From the NCBI GenBank assembly GCA_934183185.1, contig CAKPSO010000002.1, positions 3,050-67,049 of the forward strand: DNA of 64,000 nucleotides, written 5' to 3'. The stretch comes from an uncultured Bacilli bacterium (GTDB taxonomy: Bacteria; Bacillota_I; Bacilli_A; RF39; UBA660). Position numbers and translations under genes: made by a program. Below the pieces are notes generated by a model. It was not told the DNA's origin and did not search any database. It saw nothing but the letters and a program-made list of their open reading frames with translations. Position 1 is the stretch's first letter. Each line of letters starts with the position of its first letter. Below are positions 1 through 9,903 of this stretch, piece after piece.

Positions 1-1283
1 ATTCCTGATAAGCTAATACCATTTAGAATAGCTGCCATAGCGTGTTCACGAACTCCAAACCAGATGTTTTTACCGGTTCTATTAGTTGGGGAGAAGTCAC
101 CCATATCTTCTAAATAAGTTTTGGTTGAAGAACTAAGATCAGCACTACCGCCCATTATAAATGGGTAAGTTTTAGCATATTGATTTAGTATTTTACCATT
201 AGTTACTCTTAGGGCTTCATTTTCAGTAGCTATAATAGAATAATCGATATTATTATCTAGAATAATACTATTCTTCTGAGTTAAATTTTCTAAATCAGCT
301 TTATCTTCTGGCGTAAGTCTTGCTTCTGTTTCTAATGATGCCTTATAGTAAGGCTCTATTCTCTCATGAATTAATCCTTGCATTAAGTCTATAGTATCTT
401 GAGAGACAGTAAATGGTATATCGCGTAGTCCTAACTGAGTTTTAATAGTCTTTATTTCTTCTTTATCTAAAACCATACCATGAGCAAGGTTAGTTCCTTG
501 ATTTTTAGAATATCTTCCTATTACAGTTTGAACTATAATTAGCGTTGGTTTATCGATTGATGTTTTAGCTTTTTCAATAGCATGATCTAGGCTAGTTAAA
601 TCTTCTCCATCCTGTACTACTAGAACATTCCAATTCATTCCTTGAAATCTAGTCATAACGTTTTCTGTAAAAGTCATATTAATATTTCCATCTAATGTGA
701 CTTGGTTACAATCATATATAGCTATTAAATGACTTAGTTTTAAAGTACCAGCTAAAGATGCAGCTTCATATGATACTCCTTCCATTAAATCACCATCACT
801 ACATAATGTATATGTATAATAGTTTATGAATGGTAGGTTCTTTTTCAAATAATAGTTACGTAAGTATTCTTCAGATATAGCCATACCTACTGCTGATGCA
901 AAGCCTTGCCCTAATGGTCCAGTAGTCATATCAACCCCAGGCGTTACTCCATATTCAGGATGTCCAGGTGTTTTAGAATCTATTTTTCTGAATTGTTTCA
1001 AATCTTCTAAAGTTAAATCGTAACCTGATATAAATAAAGTTGCATAGAGTAAAGCAGAAGCATGACCGCATGATAACACGAAATGATCCCTATTATACCA
1101 TTTAGGATCCTCAGGATTTATTTTTAAGTGTTTTGCGTAAAGTGTATATAGTATTGGTGCAGCATCTAATACTATTCCTGAATGACCACTACCAGCTTCA
1201 TTAATCATGTCAAGTGCTAAGCAACGTATTGTATCAACTATTTTTTTCTCTTCTGTAGACTTATCTTTATCCCAAAATAACAT
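1..1283 (-). CDS. tkt: Transketolase, N-terminal portion (C-terminus lies beyond window start)
   Basis: Minus-strand translation from ATG at 1283 (RBS AGGAGTG) gives SGHSG TPP-binding motif and RDHFVLSCGHAS/LLYATLFISGY transketolase signatures; ORF runs off the window edge. Confidence 0.85.
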   Translation of the reverse strand, partial: MLFWDKDKSTEEKKIVDTIRCLALDMINEAGSGHSGIVLDAAPILYTLYAKHLKINPEDPKWYNRDHFVLSCGHASALLYATLFISGYDLTLEDLKQFRKIDSKTPGHPEYGVTPGVDMTTGPLGQGFASAVGMAISEEYLRNYYLKKNLPFINYYTYTLCSDGDLMEGVSYEAASLAGTLKLSHLIAIYDCNQVTLDGNINMTFTENVMTRFQGMNWNVLVVQDGEDLTSLDHAIEKAKTSIDKPTLIIVQTVIGRYSKNQGTNLAHGMVLDKEEIKTIKTQLGLRDIPFTVSQDTIDLMQGLIHERIEPYYKASLETEARLTPEDKADLENLTQKNSIILDNNIDYSIIATENEALRVTNGKILNQYAKTYPFIMGGSADLSSSTKTYLEDMGDFSPTNRTGKNIWFGVREHAMAAILNGISLSG

Positions 1284-1337
1284 ATATTTTCACTCCTATC
1301 ATTATTAGTATAACATAATTCATAGAAAAAGACGATT

Positions 1338-2741
1338 TTACTCGTCTTCGAATAATTTTTCTACATCATTACGTACTTTTTCATCTGATTTATTATCAAC
1401 AAAATCATCTGGTCTAAACTCACGTGTAGCTTCTAAATCACCGGGCATAATACTATTTGATTTTTTAGTAGTACTTTCTTCTTTAACATCATTATCAGTT
1501 TGGTTAATGGTTTCTTTTTCTTTTTCTTTTTCTTTATCTTTATCTATATTTTTATTTTTCTTTTTACTTTTCTTATCTTTCTTTTTAGTTGATGTAATTA
1601 TATAGAAGTATATACCTATACCACCAATAGCTAATAGAATAAGGCAACCAATAGTTACAAAAACATATCTTAAGGTATGATTAGAACCACTATCTTCATC
1701 TGATGTTCCTACTCCCGTAGCATTACTAGAAGTTGGTGATGTATATTTACTAGAATGTCCTGTTTCTACTCTTTCATCTTCAGCTAATCTAGTAACTACT
1801 ATTTTATATGTCCTTTGATTACCAGAGGTATCAGTAACTGTAACTGTAACTGTATTTTTACCAACTATTAAGCCAGTTGCTCCAGTAATTTTTACGGTAG
1901 CATTACTATCTTCAGTAGCAGCTTGAATAGTAACATCCGTTGCTTCAAATGGAATATCTGCTGTATATTCTAGAATATTAGTATTAAATGTTTCGTTTAG
2001 GGCATACCCTTTTATCTTAAGTGATTTTAAGTTTAGGTTTGATTCTTCTTTTTTTACTGTAAATTTATAAGTCTTATTAGTTTTACCATCTTCAGCTGTT
2101 ACTACTACTTTAACGATAGTACCGGTATGAATTGATGAATTATTAGCTATTTTAGTTCCAGCTTTTTTATCAGATAATTCAATATTGAATTCTAGTTCAG
2201 TAACATCTTTAGCTACAGTTACTATATATTCTTCATCTGATTGTTTAAAAGCTTTATCTAAAGTACCATTTTTGATACTTAGATTTTTTATAGTTGCATC
2301 ATTTGATTTAACTGTTTCTTGTTTTGCTGCTACTTCTATTTCACAGGTAGCTTTTTTAGCTTGATCATCTTTTGCAGAAGCTGTAATAGTTGCATTTCCA
2401 GCTTTTATAGCTGTTACTTTACCATTTTCATCAACAGTAGCTACGCTGGTATTACTACTAGACCAAGTGATTTTGGTATTAGTTGCGTTATCTGGTGTAA
2501 CTGTAGCTTCTAACTGCTTTGTATCACCTACTACCATGTTAATTTTACTTAATGATAGATTAACACCAGTTACTGCTATAGTTGGTTCAACTGATGGTGT
2601 TGGAGTTGGTGATACTACTGGATTAGTAGTTGGCGTTGGAGTTGGTTCTCCCTCCTCAGCAAAAGCCATAGTTGGCATTAATAATAGCATTGTGGTTATA
2701 ATTAATAACTTATTTCGTTTCTTCATATTAAATATAGACAT
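1338..2741 (-). CDS. Membrane-anchored surface protein: signal peptide, TP-rich linker, Big_2 Ig-like domain, two cadherin-like beta-sandwich repeats, C-terminal TM helix and K/E-rich cytoplasmic tail
   Basis: N-terminal hydrophobic signal (LLLMPTMAFA), PTPTPT linker, Big_2-like segment (VTGVNLS...ATVTP), TM segment LRYVFVTIGCLILLAIGGIGIYFYII followed by KKKDKKSKKK and EKEKEKEKE tail. Confidence 0.55.
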   Translation of the reverse strand: MSIFNMKKRNKLLIITTMLLLMPTMAFAEEGEPTPTPTTNPVVSPTPTPSVEPTIAVTGVNLSLSKINMVVGDTKQLEATVTPDNATNTKITWSSSNTSVATVDENGKVTAIKAGNATITASAKDDQAKKATCEIEVAAKQETVKSNDATIKNLSIKNGTLDKAFKQSDEEYIVTVAKDVTELEFNIELSDKKAGTKIANNSSIHTGTIVKVVVTAEDGKTNKTYKFTVKKEESNLNLKSLKIKGYALNETFNTNILEYTADIPFEATDVTIQAATEDSNATVKITGATGLIVGKNTVTVTVTDTSGNQRTYKIVVTRLAEDERVETGHSSKYTSPTSSNATGVGTSDEDSGSNHTLRYVFVTIGCLILLAIGGIGIYFYIITSTKKKDKKSKKKNKNIDKDKEKEKEKETINQTDNDVKEESTTKKSNSIMPGDLEATREFRPDDFVDNKSDEKVRNDVEKLFEDE

Positions 2742-2789
2742 TTTACTACCCTCTCTTTACTATATCAATGAGTATATCATATTTAATAG

Positions 2790-2818
2790 AAAAAGGAAAG
2801 CTATTTTGTGTGCTTTCC
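2790..2818 (-). terminator. Rho-independent terminator immediately after htpG stop
   Basis: Minus-strand hairpin GGAAAGC-ACACAAAAUA-GCUUUCC followed by UUUUU. Confidence 0.6.
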
Positions 2819-4693
2819 TTATACTAAATGGTCACAAATTAAATTACTAAGTTCAGTTGGATTATCTATAGGTAATCCCTCTATTAAACGGGCTTGAGCA
2901 TATAATATTTTACTATATTCTTTTACTGCTTCTGGATTTTCTTGGTAAAGATTTTTTAGTTTTTCAAAAATTGGATGTTTTTCATTTATTTCTAGAATGG
3001 TAGTTGCTTTTACATTTTCATCTGTAGGCATAGCATTAATAACTTTCTCCATTTCAATAGAAACATTACCATCACTAACTAGACATACTGGGTGATTTTT
3101 TAGTTGGTTAGTAATACGTACATCTTTAACATCTTTTATTGCTTCTTTCATTAATTCTAGCATATCATGATTGTCTTTATTTATTTTTTCAAGATCTTTC
3201 TTTTCTTCTTCTGAAGCAAGATCTAGTTTATTAGTAGAAGCATTAATAAATTTTTTATTTTCATATTCTCCAAGTGTCTGTAATACAAATTCATCTACGT
3301 AATCAGTACAATATAGAACATCATAGTTCTTATCCTTTAACTGTTCTACTTGCGGAAGTAAGGCTATTTTGTTTATATTTTCACCACAAGCATAGTAAAT
3401 GGTAGTTTGATCTTTAGACATATTATCTATATATTCTTTTAATGTTATTAGTTTTTCTTGTTTACCAGAATGGAATAAAAGTAAATCTTTTAGACTATCT
3501 TTATGAATACCAAATTCATTGTAGATACCAAATTTTAATTGCATACCGAAGGCTTTATAAAATTTTTCATAGTCCTCACGATTATCTTTTAACATTATTT
3601 CTAGTTCTTTTTTAATTTTTGATTCAATATTTTTAGCTATTAGCTGTAATTTATGATCTTTTTGAAGCATTTCCCTAGAAATGTTAAGTGATAAGTCTGG
3701 GCTATCTACTACTCCCTTTACAAAACTAAAGTAATCTGGCAATAAGTCACTACATTTTTCCATGATTAGAACTCCATTTGAGTATAATTGAAGTCCTTTT
3801 TCAAATTCTTTACTGTAATAATCAAGGGAAGCATGAGATGGAATATATAGTAATGAATTAAATGAGACAAGTCCTTCTAGTGAGTTATGTATTACTCTTA
3901 GCGGTTTTTCATAATCAAAGAATTTATCACTATAGAAAGTATCATACTCATCTTCAGATATTTTATTCTTATCACGTTTCCAAATAGGGATTAATGTATT
4001 AATAGTCTTTATTTCTTTAACAGTTTCGTATTCATCACTGTTTTCTTTTTTCTTTCTAGATTCTACTTCCATTTGAATAGGATATGTGATGTAATCGGAA
4101 TACTTTTTAATTAAATGTTCGATAGTATATGTGTCTAGGTATTGATCATAGTCTTCATCATCTGTATTTTCCTTGATAGTTAAAATTATTTTAGTACCAT
4201 TATCTTTTTTATCTGTTTTTTCAATGGTATAGCCATCTATACCGGTAGATGTCCATTTATACGCCTCATCGCTAGTAAATGATTTAGTGATTACTTCTAC
4301 TTTGTTGCTTACCATAAATGCTGAATAGAAGCCAACTCCAAATTGTCCAATTATATCAATGTTTTCCTTAGCTTCGTTTTCTTCTTTGAATGATAGAGAG
4401 CCACTTTTTGCAATAGTACCAAGATTGTCTTCAAGCTCTTCTTTAGTCATACCACAACCAGCATCAGTAATAGTTAGAGTTCTTTTATCTTTATTAATTT
4501 CAATAAAAATTTTAAAATCGTCTAAGTTTACTTTAACATCTTGATTAGTTAATGATAAGTAATGAAGTTTATCCATTGCATCACTGGCGTTAGAAATTAT
4601 TTCTCTTAGAAATATTTCTTTATTTGTATAGATTGAATTAATCATTAAATCCATTAATTTTTTTGATTCTGCTTTAAATTGGTGTTTTGCCAT
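2819..4693 (-). CDS. htpG: Molecular chaperone HtpG (Hsp90)
   Basis: 624 aa; HATPase_c motifs (NASDAMDKL, ITDAGCGMT, IGQFGVGFYS) and Hsp90 middle/C-terminal domains. Confidence 0.95.
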   Translation of the reverse strand: MAKHQFKAESKKLMDLMINSIYTNKEIFLREIISNASDAMDKLHYLSLTNQDVKVNLDDFKIFIEINKDKRTLTITDAGCGMTKEELEDNLGTIAKSGSLSFKEENEAKENIDIIGQFGVGFYSAFMVSNKVEVITKSFTSDEAYKWTSTGIDGYTIEKTDKKDNGTKIILTIKENTDDEDYDQYLDTYTIEHLIKKYSDYITYPIQMEVESRKKKENSDEYETVKEIKTINTLIPIWKRDKNKISEDEYDTFYSDKFFDYEKPLRVIHNSLEGLVSFNSLLYIPSHASLDYYSKEFEKGLQLYSNGVLIMEKCSDLLPDYFSFVKGVVDSPDLSLNISREMLQKDHKLQLIAKNIESKIKKELEIMLKDNREDYEKFYKAFGMQLKFGIYNEFGIHKDSLKDLLLFHSGKQEKLITLKEYIDNMSKDQTTIYYACGENINKIALLPQVEQLKDKNYDVLYCTDYVDEFVLQTLGEYENKKFINASTNKLDLASEEEKKDLEKINKDNHDMLELMKEAIKDVKDVRITNQLKNHPVCLVSDGNVSIEMEKVINAMPTDENVKATTILEINEKHPIFEKLKNLYQENPEAVKEYSKILYAQARLIEGLPIDNPTELSNLICDHLV

Positions 4694-4726
4694 AATAATC
4701 GTCTCCTTTACATATTGGCATAAAGT

Positions 4727-4755
4727 AATATAACTCTATTTTTGGCAGTTGTCAA
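4727..4755 (-). promoter_or_regulatory. Sigma-A type promoter for htpG (-35 TTGACA, 17-nt spacer, -10 TATATT)
   Basis: Minus-strand TTGACA at 4750-4755 and TATATT at 4727-4732, about 35 nt upstream of htpG ATG. Confidence 0.5.
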
Positions 4756-4768
4756 TAATGAGTGCTAA
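4742..4768 (-). promoter_or_regulatory. CIRCE-like inverted repeat (candidate HrcA operator) overlapping the htpG promoter
   Basis: Minus strand reads TTAGCACTC-N9-AACTGCCAA: perfect CIRCE left half, 9-nt spacer, right half 6/9. Confidence 0.45.
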
Positions 4769-4773
4769 TTTTT

Positions 4774-5034
4774 TTAGCTATTATAAAGAAAATTTGATTT
4801 AATGTATTCTAATAAATCTTTAAATTTTATTTTCTTTTCATAACCATTTATAAATATATCATCACATTCATCAAACATTAAGTAATCTATTTCATTAATA
4901 GTTATTATATGAGGTTTAACATAAGCAAACTTACATATCATATCAACTTTCTTTTTTAATTTCTCACTTATATTTAATTCTTTAGTTTCTATTGTTAACA
5001 CATAATCACTCTCACTTTTTTTCTTAAATAACAA
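4774..5034 (-). CDS. Small hypothetical protein, paralog of ORF 9523..9804; doubtful TTG start without RBS (possibly a remnant)
   Basis: Shares ICKF/ICEF-centred similarity with the 93-aa ORF next to tRNA-Leu; start codon lies in the T-run of an upstream terminator. Confidence 0.3.
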   Translation of the reverse strand: MLFKKKSESDYVLTIETKELNISEKLKKKVDMICKFAYVKPHIITINEIDYLMFDECDDIFINGYEKKIKFKDLLEYIKSNFLYNS

Positions 5035-5079
5035 AAAAAACTAACATTTGTGTTAGTGCTTATTACTCTCGAGACTTTA

Positions 5080-5170
5080 AAAGTTCGAGTTTTCTATCTA
5101 TATGGTGCGAGCGACGTAGAGGTCTACAACTTTTTTTCGGCAATAACGATTCATATGAATCAATCTATAT
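5080..5170. repeat. att-like repeat copy A: diverged copy of the tRNA-Leu 3'-flank (GGTGCGAG..CGTAG..TCTACAACTT)
   Basis: Similar to 7333-7440 and to 9874-9910; preceded by minus-strand terminator hairpin CUAACA-CAAA-UGUUAG plus U-run at 5031-5058. Confidence 0.5.
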
Positions 5171-5255
5171 AAATTATACACTTATTATAAATAATAATAA
5201 AGTTTTTTTAATAAAAGCCATTTAAAAATAGTCTAAAAATTAGACTATTTCGCTA

Positions 5256-5798
5256 TTACATAGTTCTTCCAGATTTTTTCGAACTTTGAATAGAAGCTAA
5301 AACTTCTTCTCTTAATCCTAAACCTTCTACATAAGAATTTAATAATTCATCTGCTTCTTCAAAAGAAATACTTTCTTTATCAGTAATTGATGATAATGGT
5401 TTCATTCCAATTGCTGGATCATATTCACCGTTAATTTTAGAAACAACATTAGCAACTTTCATTTTTTCTTCACCATCAAATTCTTTAGCAAATCTAGCAA
5501 TACTATCACCAATTGCACTATATGATTTTGGTTGTGAATTTTCCCAGTTTAATTCTCCAAGAACTACATTACCAGTTAAATCTTCATATAATTGAACGCC
5601 TTCTAATTTTGGTGTTCCTATTCCAGTCATATTAATTGGATGAATACTTTGACTTATAATATCTTGACCAATTCCATCTACTTTTTTAAATATACCTACA
5701 CCATATTCACCTGTAGTTTGTTTTTCTCCATCTTGTTCCATGTATTTTTGATATACTGCAACAAATGAATTTTGAACATTAATATTTTCCATTTCCAT
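5256..5798 (-). CDS. Hypothetical protein (180 aa)
   Basis: Intact ORF, no recognisable motifs. Confidence 0.4.
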   Translation of the reverse strand: MEMENINVQNSFVAVYQKYMEQDGEKQTTGEYGVGIFKKVDGIGQDIISQSIHPINMTGIGTPKLEGVQLYEDLTGNVVLGELNWENSQPKSYSAIGDSIARFAKEFDGEEKMKVANVVSKINGEYDPAIGMKPLSSITDKESISFEEADELLNSYVEGLGLREEVLASIQSSKKSGRTM

Positions 5799-5922
5799 AT
5801 TTATACCTCCTTGTACAATTTAATTATATCATAAATATTGTTAAATCAATCTTTTTTTATAATTATTTTACATTATAATTCAATCGAACCATTTCTCTCT
5901 AACTGTGATTTCTTAGTTAATT

Positions 5923-6243
5923 TTACGGCTTCATATATATCATATTCTGCGTCTTCCCAATTCTTTTTAATGATTCAAATTTTACATTTTCTTTCACTGA
6001 TATAGCTTTTAAACTCAATACTTCTCCATTATATTCAATATCTCTTTGAGTTAAAGACTTCTTTGCACCTTCTACTGCTTTAATCATATTTCCTGTTTTT
6101 TTATACCAATCTGAAAGTGTTGATCTATTTATACCTTCTTTTTTTGCAATATCAGCCTGACTTAACATTTCGTCAAGATATTCATATAACTCTCCTCGCA
6201 TAATTTTCCTCCATTGCCAAATCATGTCTTTATAAAAATTCAT
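5923..6243 (-). CDS. Small HTH-containing protein (terminase-small-subunit/transposase-HTH-like)
   Basis: LSQADIAKKEGINRSTLSDWYKK helix-turn-helix-like segment. Confidence 0.35.
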   Translation of the reverse strand: MNFYKDMIWQWRKIMRGELYEYLDEMLSQADIAKKEGINRSTLSDWYKKTGNMIKAVEGAKKSLTQRDIEYNGEVLSLKAISVKENVKFESLKRIGKTQNMIYMKP

Positions 6244-6246
6244 AAA

Positions 6247-6585
6247 CTATTCTAAAATAATATTTTTAACACTAATTATTTCTTCATCAATCCACTTTAA
6301 ATATTCTTTATTTATACTTGATATATCATATATAGCAAACTCAAAGCATTCATAACTATGAACATTCCTTATAACATCAAATATTTTAGTTGAACAACTT
6401 TTTTTCGTCTTCATTTGAAGTAAATATTCTTTAGCAGCTTCTCGTTCATTCTTCCAATTCCAAATACTTTCACTTTCTATAGCATGACAACTTGCCACTA
6501 ATTTCTTATCTAATAATTGATTTATAACATTATTTAATTCTTCTTTATTATCAAATGCACTTTCTATCATACAATAATCATTCAT
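6247..6585 (-). CDS. cutA: CutA1 divalent-ion tolerance protein family
   Basis: 112 aa with VASCHAI...SIWNWKNE...NVHSYECFEF pattern typical of the CutA1 trimer family. Confidence 0.65.
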   Translation of the reverse strand: MNDYCMIESAFDNKEELNNVINQLLDKKLVASCHAIESESIWNWKNEREAAKEYLLQMKTKKSCSTKIFDVIRNVHSYECFEFAIYDISSINKEYLKWIDEEIISVKNIILE

Positions 6586-6598
6586 TATAAAAACCTCC

Positions 6599-7168
6599 CT
6601 ATAAATTTAAAATGAAATTATTTCCTTTATTTCTTATTTGTTCCATTTTATCTTTAGTATCTTTTAATTTATAGTCAAATCTATCAACTAACTTATTAAC
6701 ATAATCTAATTCTCTAATATAATTTAAACTCTCATCAAAATATAAACCATATATAAATGCAATATAAGAAATCCATATGTCAATTGGTGTTTTCCTATTC
6801 TTACTTAATATAGTTTTTTCATTCATAAAATCATTAAAAATATTATCTGATATTAATGAATTTTCAATTTCCTCTTGTGTCATATTTGCCATCGTATAAA
6901 TATCATCTTCATACTTTGCTCTAAATGAATCCAATTTATCAGCATCTCTAATAATTTTTGAATGTAATGCTTGTATTTCATCCATACTATCAAAATCAAC
7001 GATATATTTACTATGATTAGATATAGCAATTTTTATAATTTCATCATATTTATCAAATTCAACAAAACTTCTAATTAAATTATTTTCTATTAATAATTTA
7101 TCATTATTTATTTGTTGTTGTAATAATTCTAAATCTTTAATATTTTTATTATTCTTTAATACTTCCAT
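6599..7168 (-). CDS. HD-domain phosphohydrolase-like protein, probably C-terminal fragment
   Basis: Contains IIRDADKLDSFRA (terminal Asp motif of HD domains) but lacks the upstream H..HD motifs. Confidence 0.35.
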   Translation of the reverse strand: MEVLKNNKNIKDLELLQQQINNDKLLIENNLIRSFVEFDKYDEIIKIAISNHSKYIVDFDSMDEIQALHSKIIRDADKLDSFRAKYEDDIYTMANMTQEEIENSLISDNIFNDFMNEKTILSKNRKTPIDIWISYIAFIYGLYFDESLNYIRELDYVNKLVDRFDYKLKDTKDKMEQIRNKGNNFILNL

Positions 7169-7284
7169 TTATTATTATTGGAATAGTATTACAAAAATCA
7201 CATATTACCTTAACCTCGATTCTAAAGATTCTTCAATTTCAATTTCTTCTTTAATAATATTTACCATAGACAAATCCTTTCTAT

Positions 7285-7440
7285 GATTTTTTCAAAAAAA
7301 ACGAAAAAATCAATCATTTCTGATTGATTCATATATATAAGTTCGAATAGTTCGAACAGATTCTCTAGTGGTGCGAGTGTCGTAGTAATCTACAACTTTC
7401 TCACAAAGACGATTGATATTAGAATCAATCTCTAAATTCA
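7285..7440. repeat. att-like repeat copy B: copy of tRNA-Leu 3' end (TGGTGCG), its 3' flank hairpin and a terminator-like hairpin
   Basis: 7333-7375 AGTTCGAATAGTTCGAACAGATTCTCTAGTGGTGCG identical to 9874-9910; upstream 7285-7332 imperfectly matches 9821-9873. Confidence 0.6.
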
Positions 7441-7479
7441 TTTTAACATAAAAAATAAATAGTAGCAATAATTATGCCA

Positions 7480-8274
7480 CTATTTTCTTTTTTTTGTTAA
7501 AGTTGGTCCGTTTTCAGTATGTGATTTTTGTGTTGCTTGTTGTTCTTCTAGTAATTCATTTTTTAAATTTTCTAATGCTTGTTTTTGGTCGCTAATACTT
7601 AATTCTTGTACAGGTTTAGCAACTTCTTCTTTTTTATCATCTGAACTATGACTTAAATCTAAATTAGTGTTATTTCGTAGTGCATTTGCAAAACTCTCTT
7701 TATCACCATATTTTTCCATTCCTGCTGAAACAATATTTTTCCAAGCCTCAATAACTTTTTTCTTTTGTTCATCTACTGTTAATCTAGAAGCATCACCATT
7801 AACTTTTAAAATTGTGATATTTTCTAATGAATCATCCATTTCGTAGAATATTTCACTTTTTTCAGTGTCAGTCTCAATTTTAATTGAAGCAGCTTTTGAT
7901 ATTCTTATTTCATCCTTTAGTGGAATAAGAAGAGCATTTAATCCTGTTGGTTTTTTTTGATATTCTTGCTTTTCTATTTCTGACATTTCTTCTAATGCAT
8001 CCATCACATTTAATTGATCCAATATCATAGGTCTAGCATTATTATATTGAACTGTTCTTTGAAAAACTTGCATAATGTTAAATATTGGTATTAACATTGA
8101 TAAAAGTGTAGCTTTTGATGCATTTGGATTTAATTGTTTACTTAAATCTGACAATCTTCTTATATCAATTTTATATCCAGCATCAGCAACATCCTTAAAC
8201 ATTCTCAATTCATTTGCCATTTCCATGCAAAAACTTGCAATACTTGTACCTAACCATAAAACTAAAAGTTCCAT
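7480..8274 (-). CDS. Hypothetical protein (264 aa), N-terminal hydrophobic segment
   Basis: Intact ORF within the tRNA-associated module, no motifs recognised. Confidence 0.4.
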   Translation of the reverse strand: MELLVLWLGTSIASFCMEMANELRMFKDVADAGYKIDIRRLSDLSKQLNPNASKATLLSMLIPIFNIMQVFQRTVQYNNARPMILDQLNVMDALEEMSEIEKQEYQKKPTGLNALLIPLKDEIRISKAASIKIETDTEKSEIFYEMDDSLENITILKVNGDASRLTVDEQKKKVIEAWKNIVSAGMEKYGDKESFANALRNNTNLDLSHSSDDKKEEVAKPVQELSISDQKQALENLKNELLEEQQATQKSHTENGPTLTKKRK

Positions 8275-8327
8275 AATAAATTCCTCCTTTGAATTAGATC
8301 ATATAATAACACATTTACATATATTAG

Positions 8328-9520
8328 TCAAATTTCCATTTCAAAATCATCTTTTTCTCTTTCATAATCGTGATTTTTACTAAATTCATAAGTATCTTGT
8401 AAATCATCAAATGTCTCTTCTTCAATAATTTTCTTTGAATATAAATCTTCTGCAACGTCCATATATTTTTCACGTTCTTTTTCTTTTCCAAATAGTTTAT
8501 CTTTGATGAAAGATATTACTTTCAAAAATTTATCTTTCCAAAATGATAATGATTGTCTTAAAGAAAGGTTTTCTTCTTTTAAATCTTTGATTGGTTTATC
8601 TTTAACTTTATTATTTTTAGTTAGTGTATCAACTCTTAATTGTAATGCCTCATTATTTTCAGTTAGAGTTTGTATTTCTTTTTGATTTTCTTGTATCCCT
8701 TTATCTACATTATTAAGAGTAATAGATAATGTTTGAATATTTTTATATTCATCATTTGTTGTATCAACTTGATTCATATATTTTTCAATTTTGTCTTTAT
8801 CTTCTTGTTTTAAAATATAGTTGTCTTTCTTAATTAGTGTTGGTTTTAAATCACTTGTTATTTCTTTAACTTCTTTTGACTTGTTATCTAGTTCAAGAGA
8901 TTTTTTATTAGCTTTTTCTAAATTTTCTTGATTCTTTTCTAGTTGTTCTTTCATTTCCATATAATTATCCATTTCAGTTATATGATAATCTCTATTTCTA
9001 CCTTTTTGCTTTTTCTTTAAAGAGTTTGTAAGATTATATTCTTTATTAAATGATTCAATACATAATCTTATCATTTTATCTTGAAGTTCTATTAGTTTTG
9101 TTTTAGTAAAACCATCAGATTTACCAACTTGTTTAGACATACCATTTTTACTTTTATATTTTATTGGAACACCTACAATATGCATATGTGGACTTGTTTC
9201 ATCATAATGAATAATTGCACTTGCTACTTTAAAATTTGGAATTAGATTTTCTAAATCTTTTACTTGTTCTTTATAGACATTAGACATTTTATGTTTAAAA
9301 TTATCATCTTTAGTATCCCAGTACTTTTTATCTCCAAGTTCAATAATTATCTCGCAATCCAAATCATTTTTTGAATTATCACTAATCTTTTAGAAATAGT
9401 CATCTATTTTTCTATCATCTCTTGTTTGTTTTGCATTATATTCAAGTCTTGCTTCTTCAAACTCTTCTTTATATAAATTTTTAACATCATCATATAGTGA
9501 AGTAGTACTCTAACTATTTC
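8328..9520 (-). pseudogene. mob: MobV-family (Mob_Pre) relaxase, N-terminally disrupted/frameshifted
   Basis: 8328..9362 encodes the HYDETSPHMHIVGVPI HxDE..PHxH relaxase motif and a coiled-coil C-terminus, but starts only at TTG. N-terminal-like residues (DDVKNLYKEEFEEARLEYNAKQTRDDRKIDDYF) sit in another frame at 9390-9500 after a stop. Confidence 0.5.
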
Positions 9521-9522
9521 AA

Positions 9523-9804
9523 TTAAATGCCTTTTAAATAATCTTCTAACTCTGATATTTTAATCTTTTGTGATAAATTTTTAATATAAATCTCATTAGA
9601 ATAATTAAAAGCAAGAAATGTTACACCTTTAATGATTATCTTATGTGGCTCTACATAAGAAAGATTAGTTCTTGCTACCTTATGAATATAACCATTTATA
9701 AAAGTAGGTGTAGTATGTGAAAATTCACATATAAATTCTAATCTTTGTCTTAAAGATTCATCAAATGCAATTTCTTGCTTAATAATATTAATCATAAATA
9801 CCAT
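9523..9804 (-). CDS. Small hypothetical protein (93 aa), paralog of 4774..5034
   Basis: ATG with AGGAAAGG RBS; first gene downstream of the tRNA pair. Confidence 0.4.
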   Translation of the reverse strand: MVFMINIIKQEIAFDESLRQRLEFICEFSHTTPTFINGYIHKVARTNLSYVEPHKIIIKGVTFLAFNYSNEIYIKNLSQKIKISELEDYLKGI

Positions 9805-9820
9805 CCTTTCCTAATAGGAT

Positions 9821-9903
9821 GATTTTCCATAAAACGAAAAAATCAACCCAATTTGAGTTGATATTTATATTTAAAGTTCGAATAGTTCGAACAGATTCTC
9901 TAG
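9821..9903. repeat. att-like repeat copy C: native 3' flank of tRNA-Leu (hairpin GTTCGAA-TAG-TTCGAAC plus rho-independent terminator)
   Basis: Minus strand after tRNA 3' end: UCAAC-UCAAAUUGG-GUUGA followed by UUUUUU. Confidence 0.6.

Noticed and set aside
2319-2850. Plus-strand ORFs 2319..2513 and 2467..2850 (and many similar plus-strand ORFs, e.g. 13117..13308, 28722..29009, 39757..40110, 46885..47118)
   Set aside because: They lie antisense within well-supported minus-strand genes and have low-complexity or compositionally biased translations; treated as shadow ORFs.
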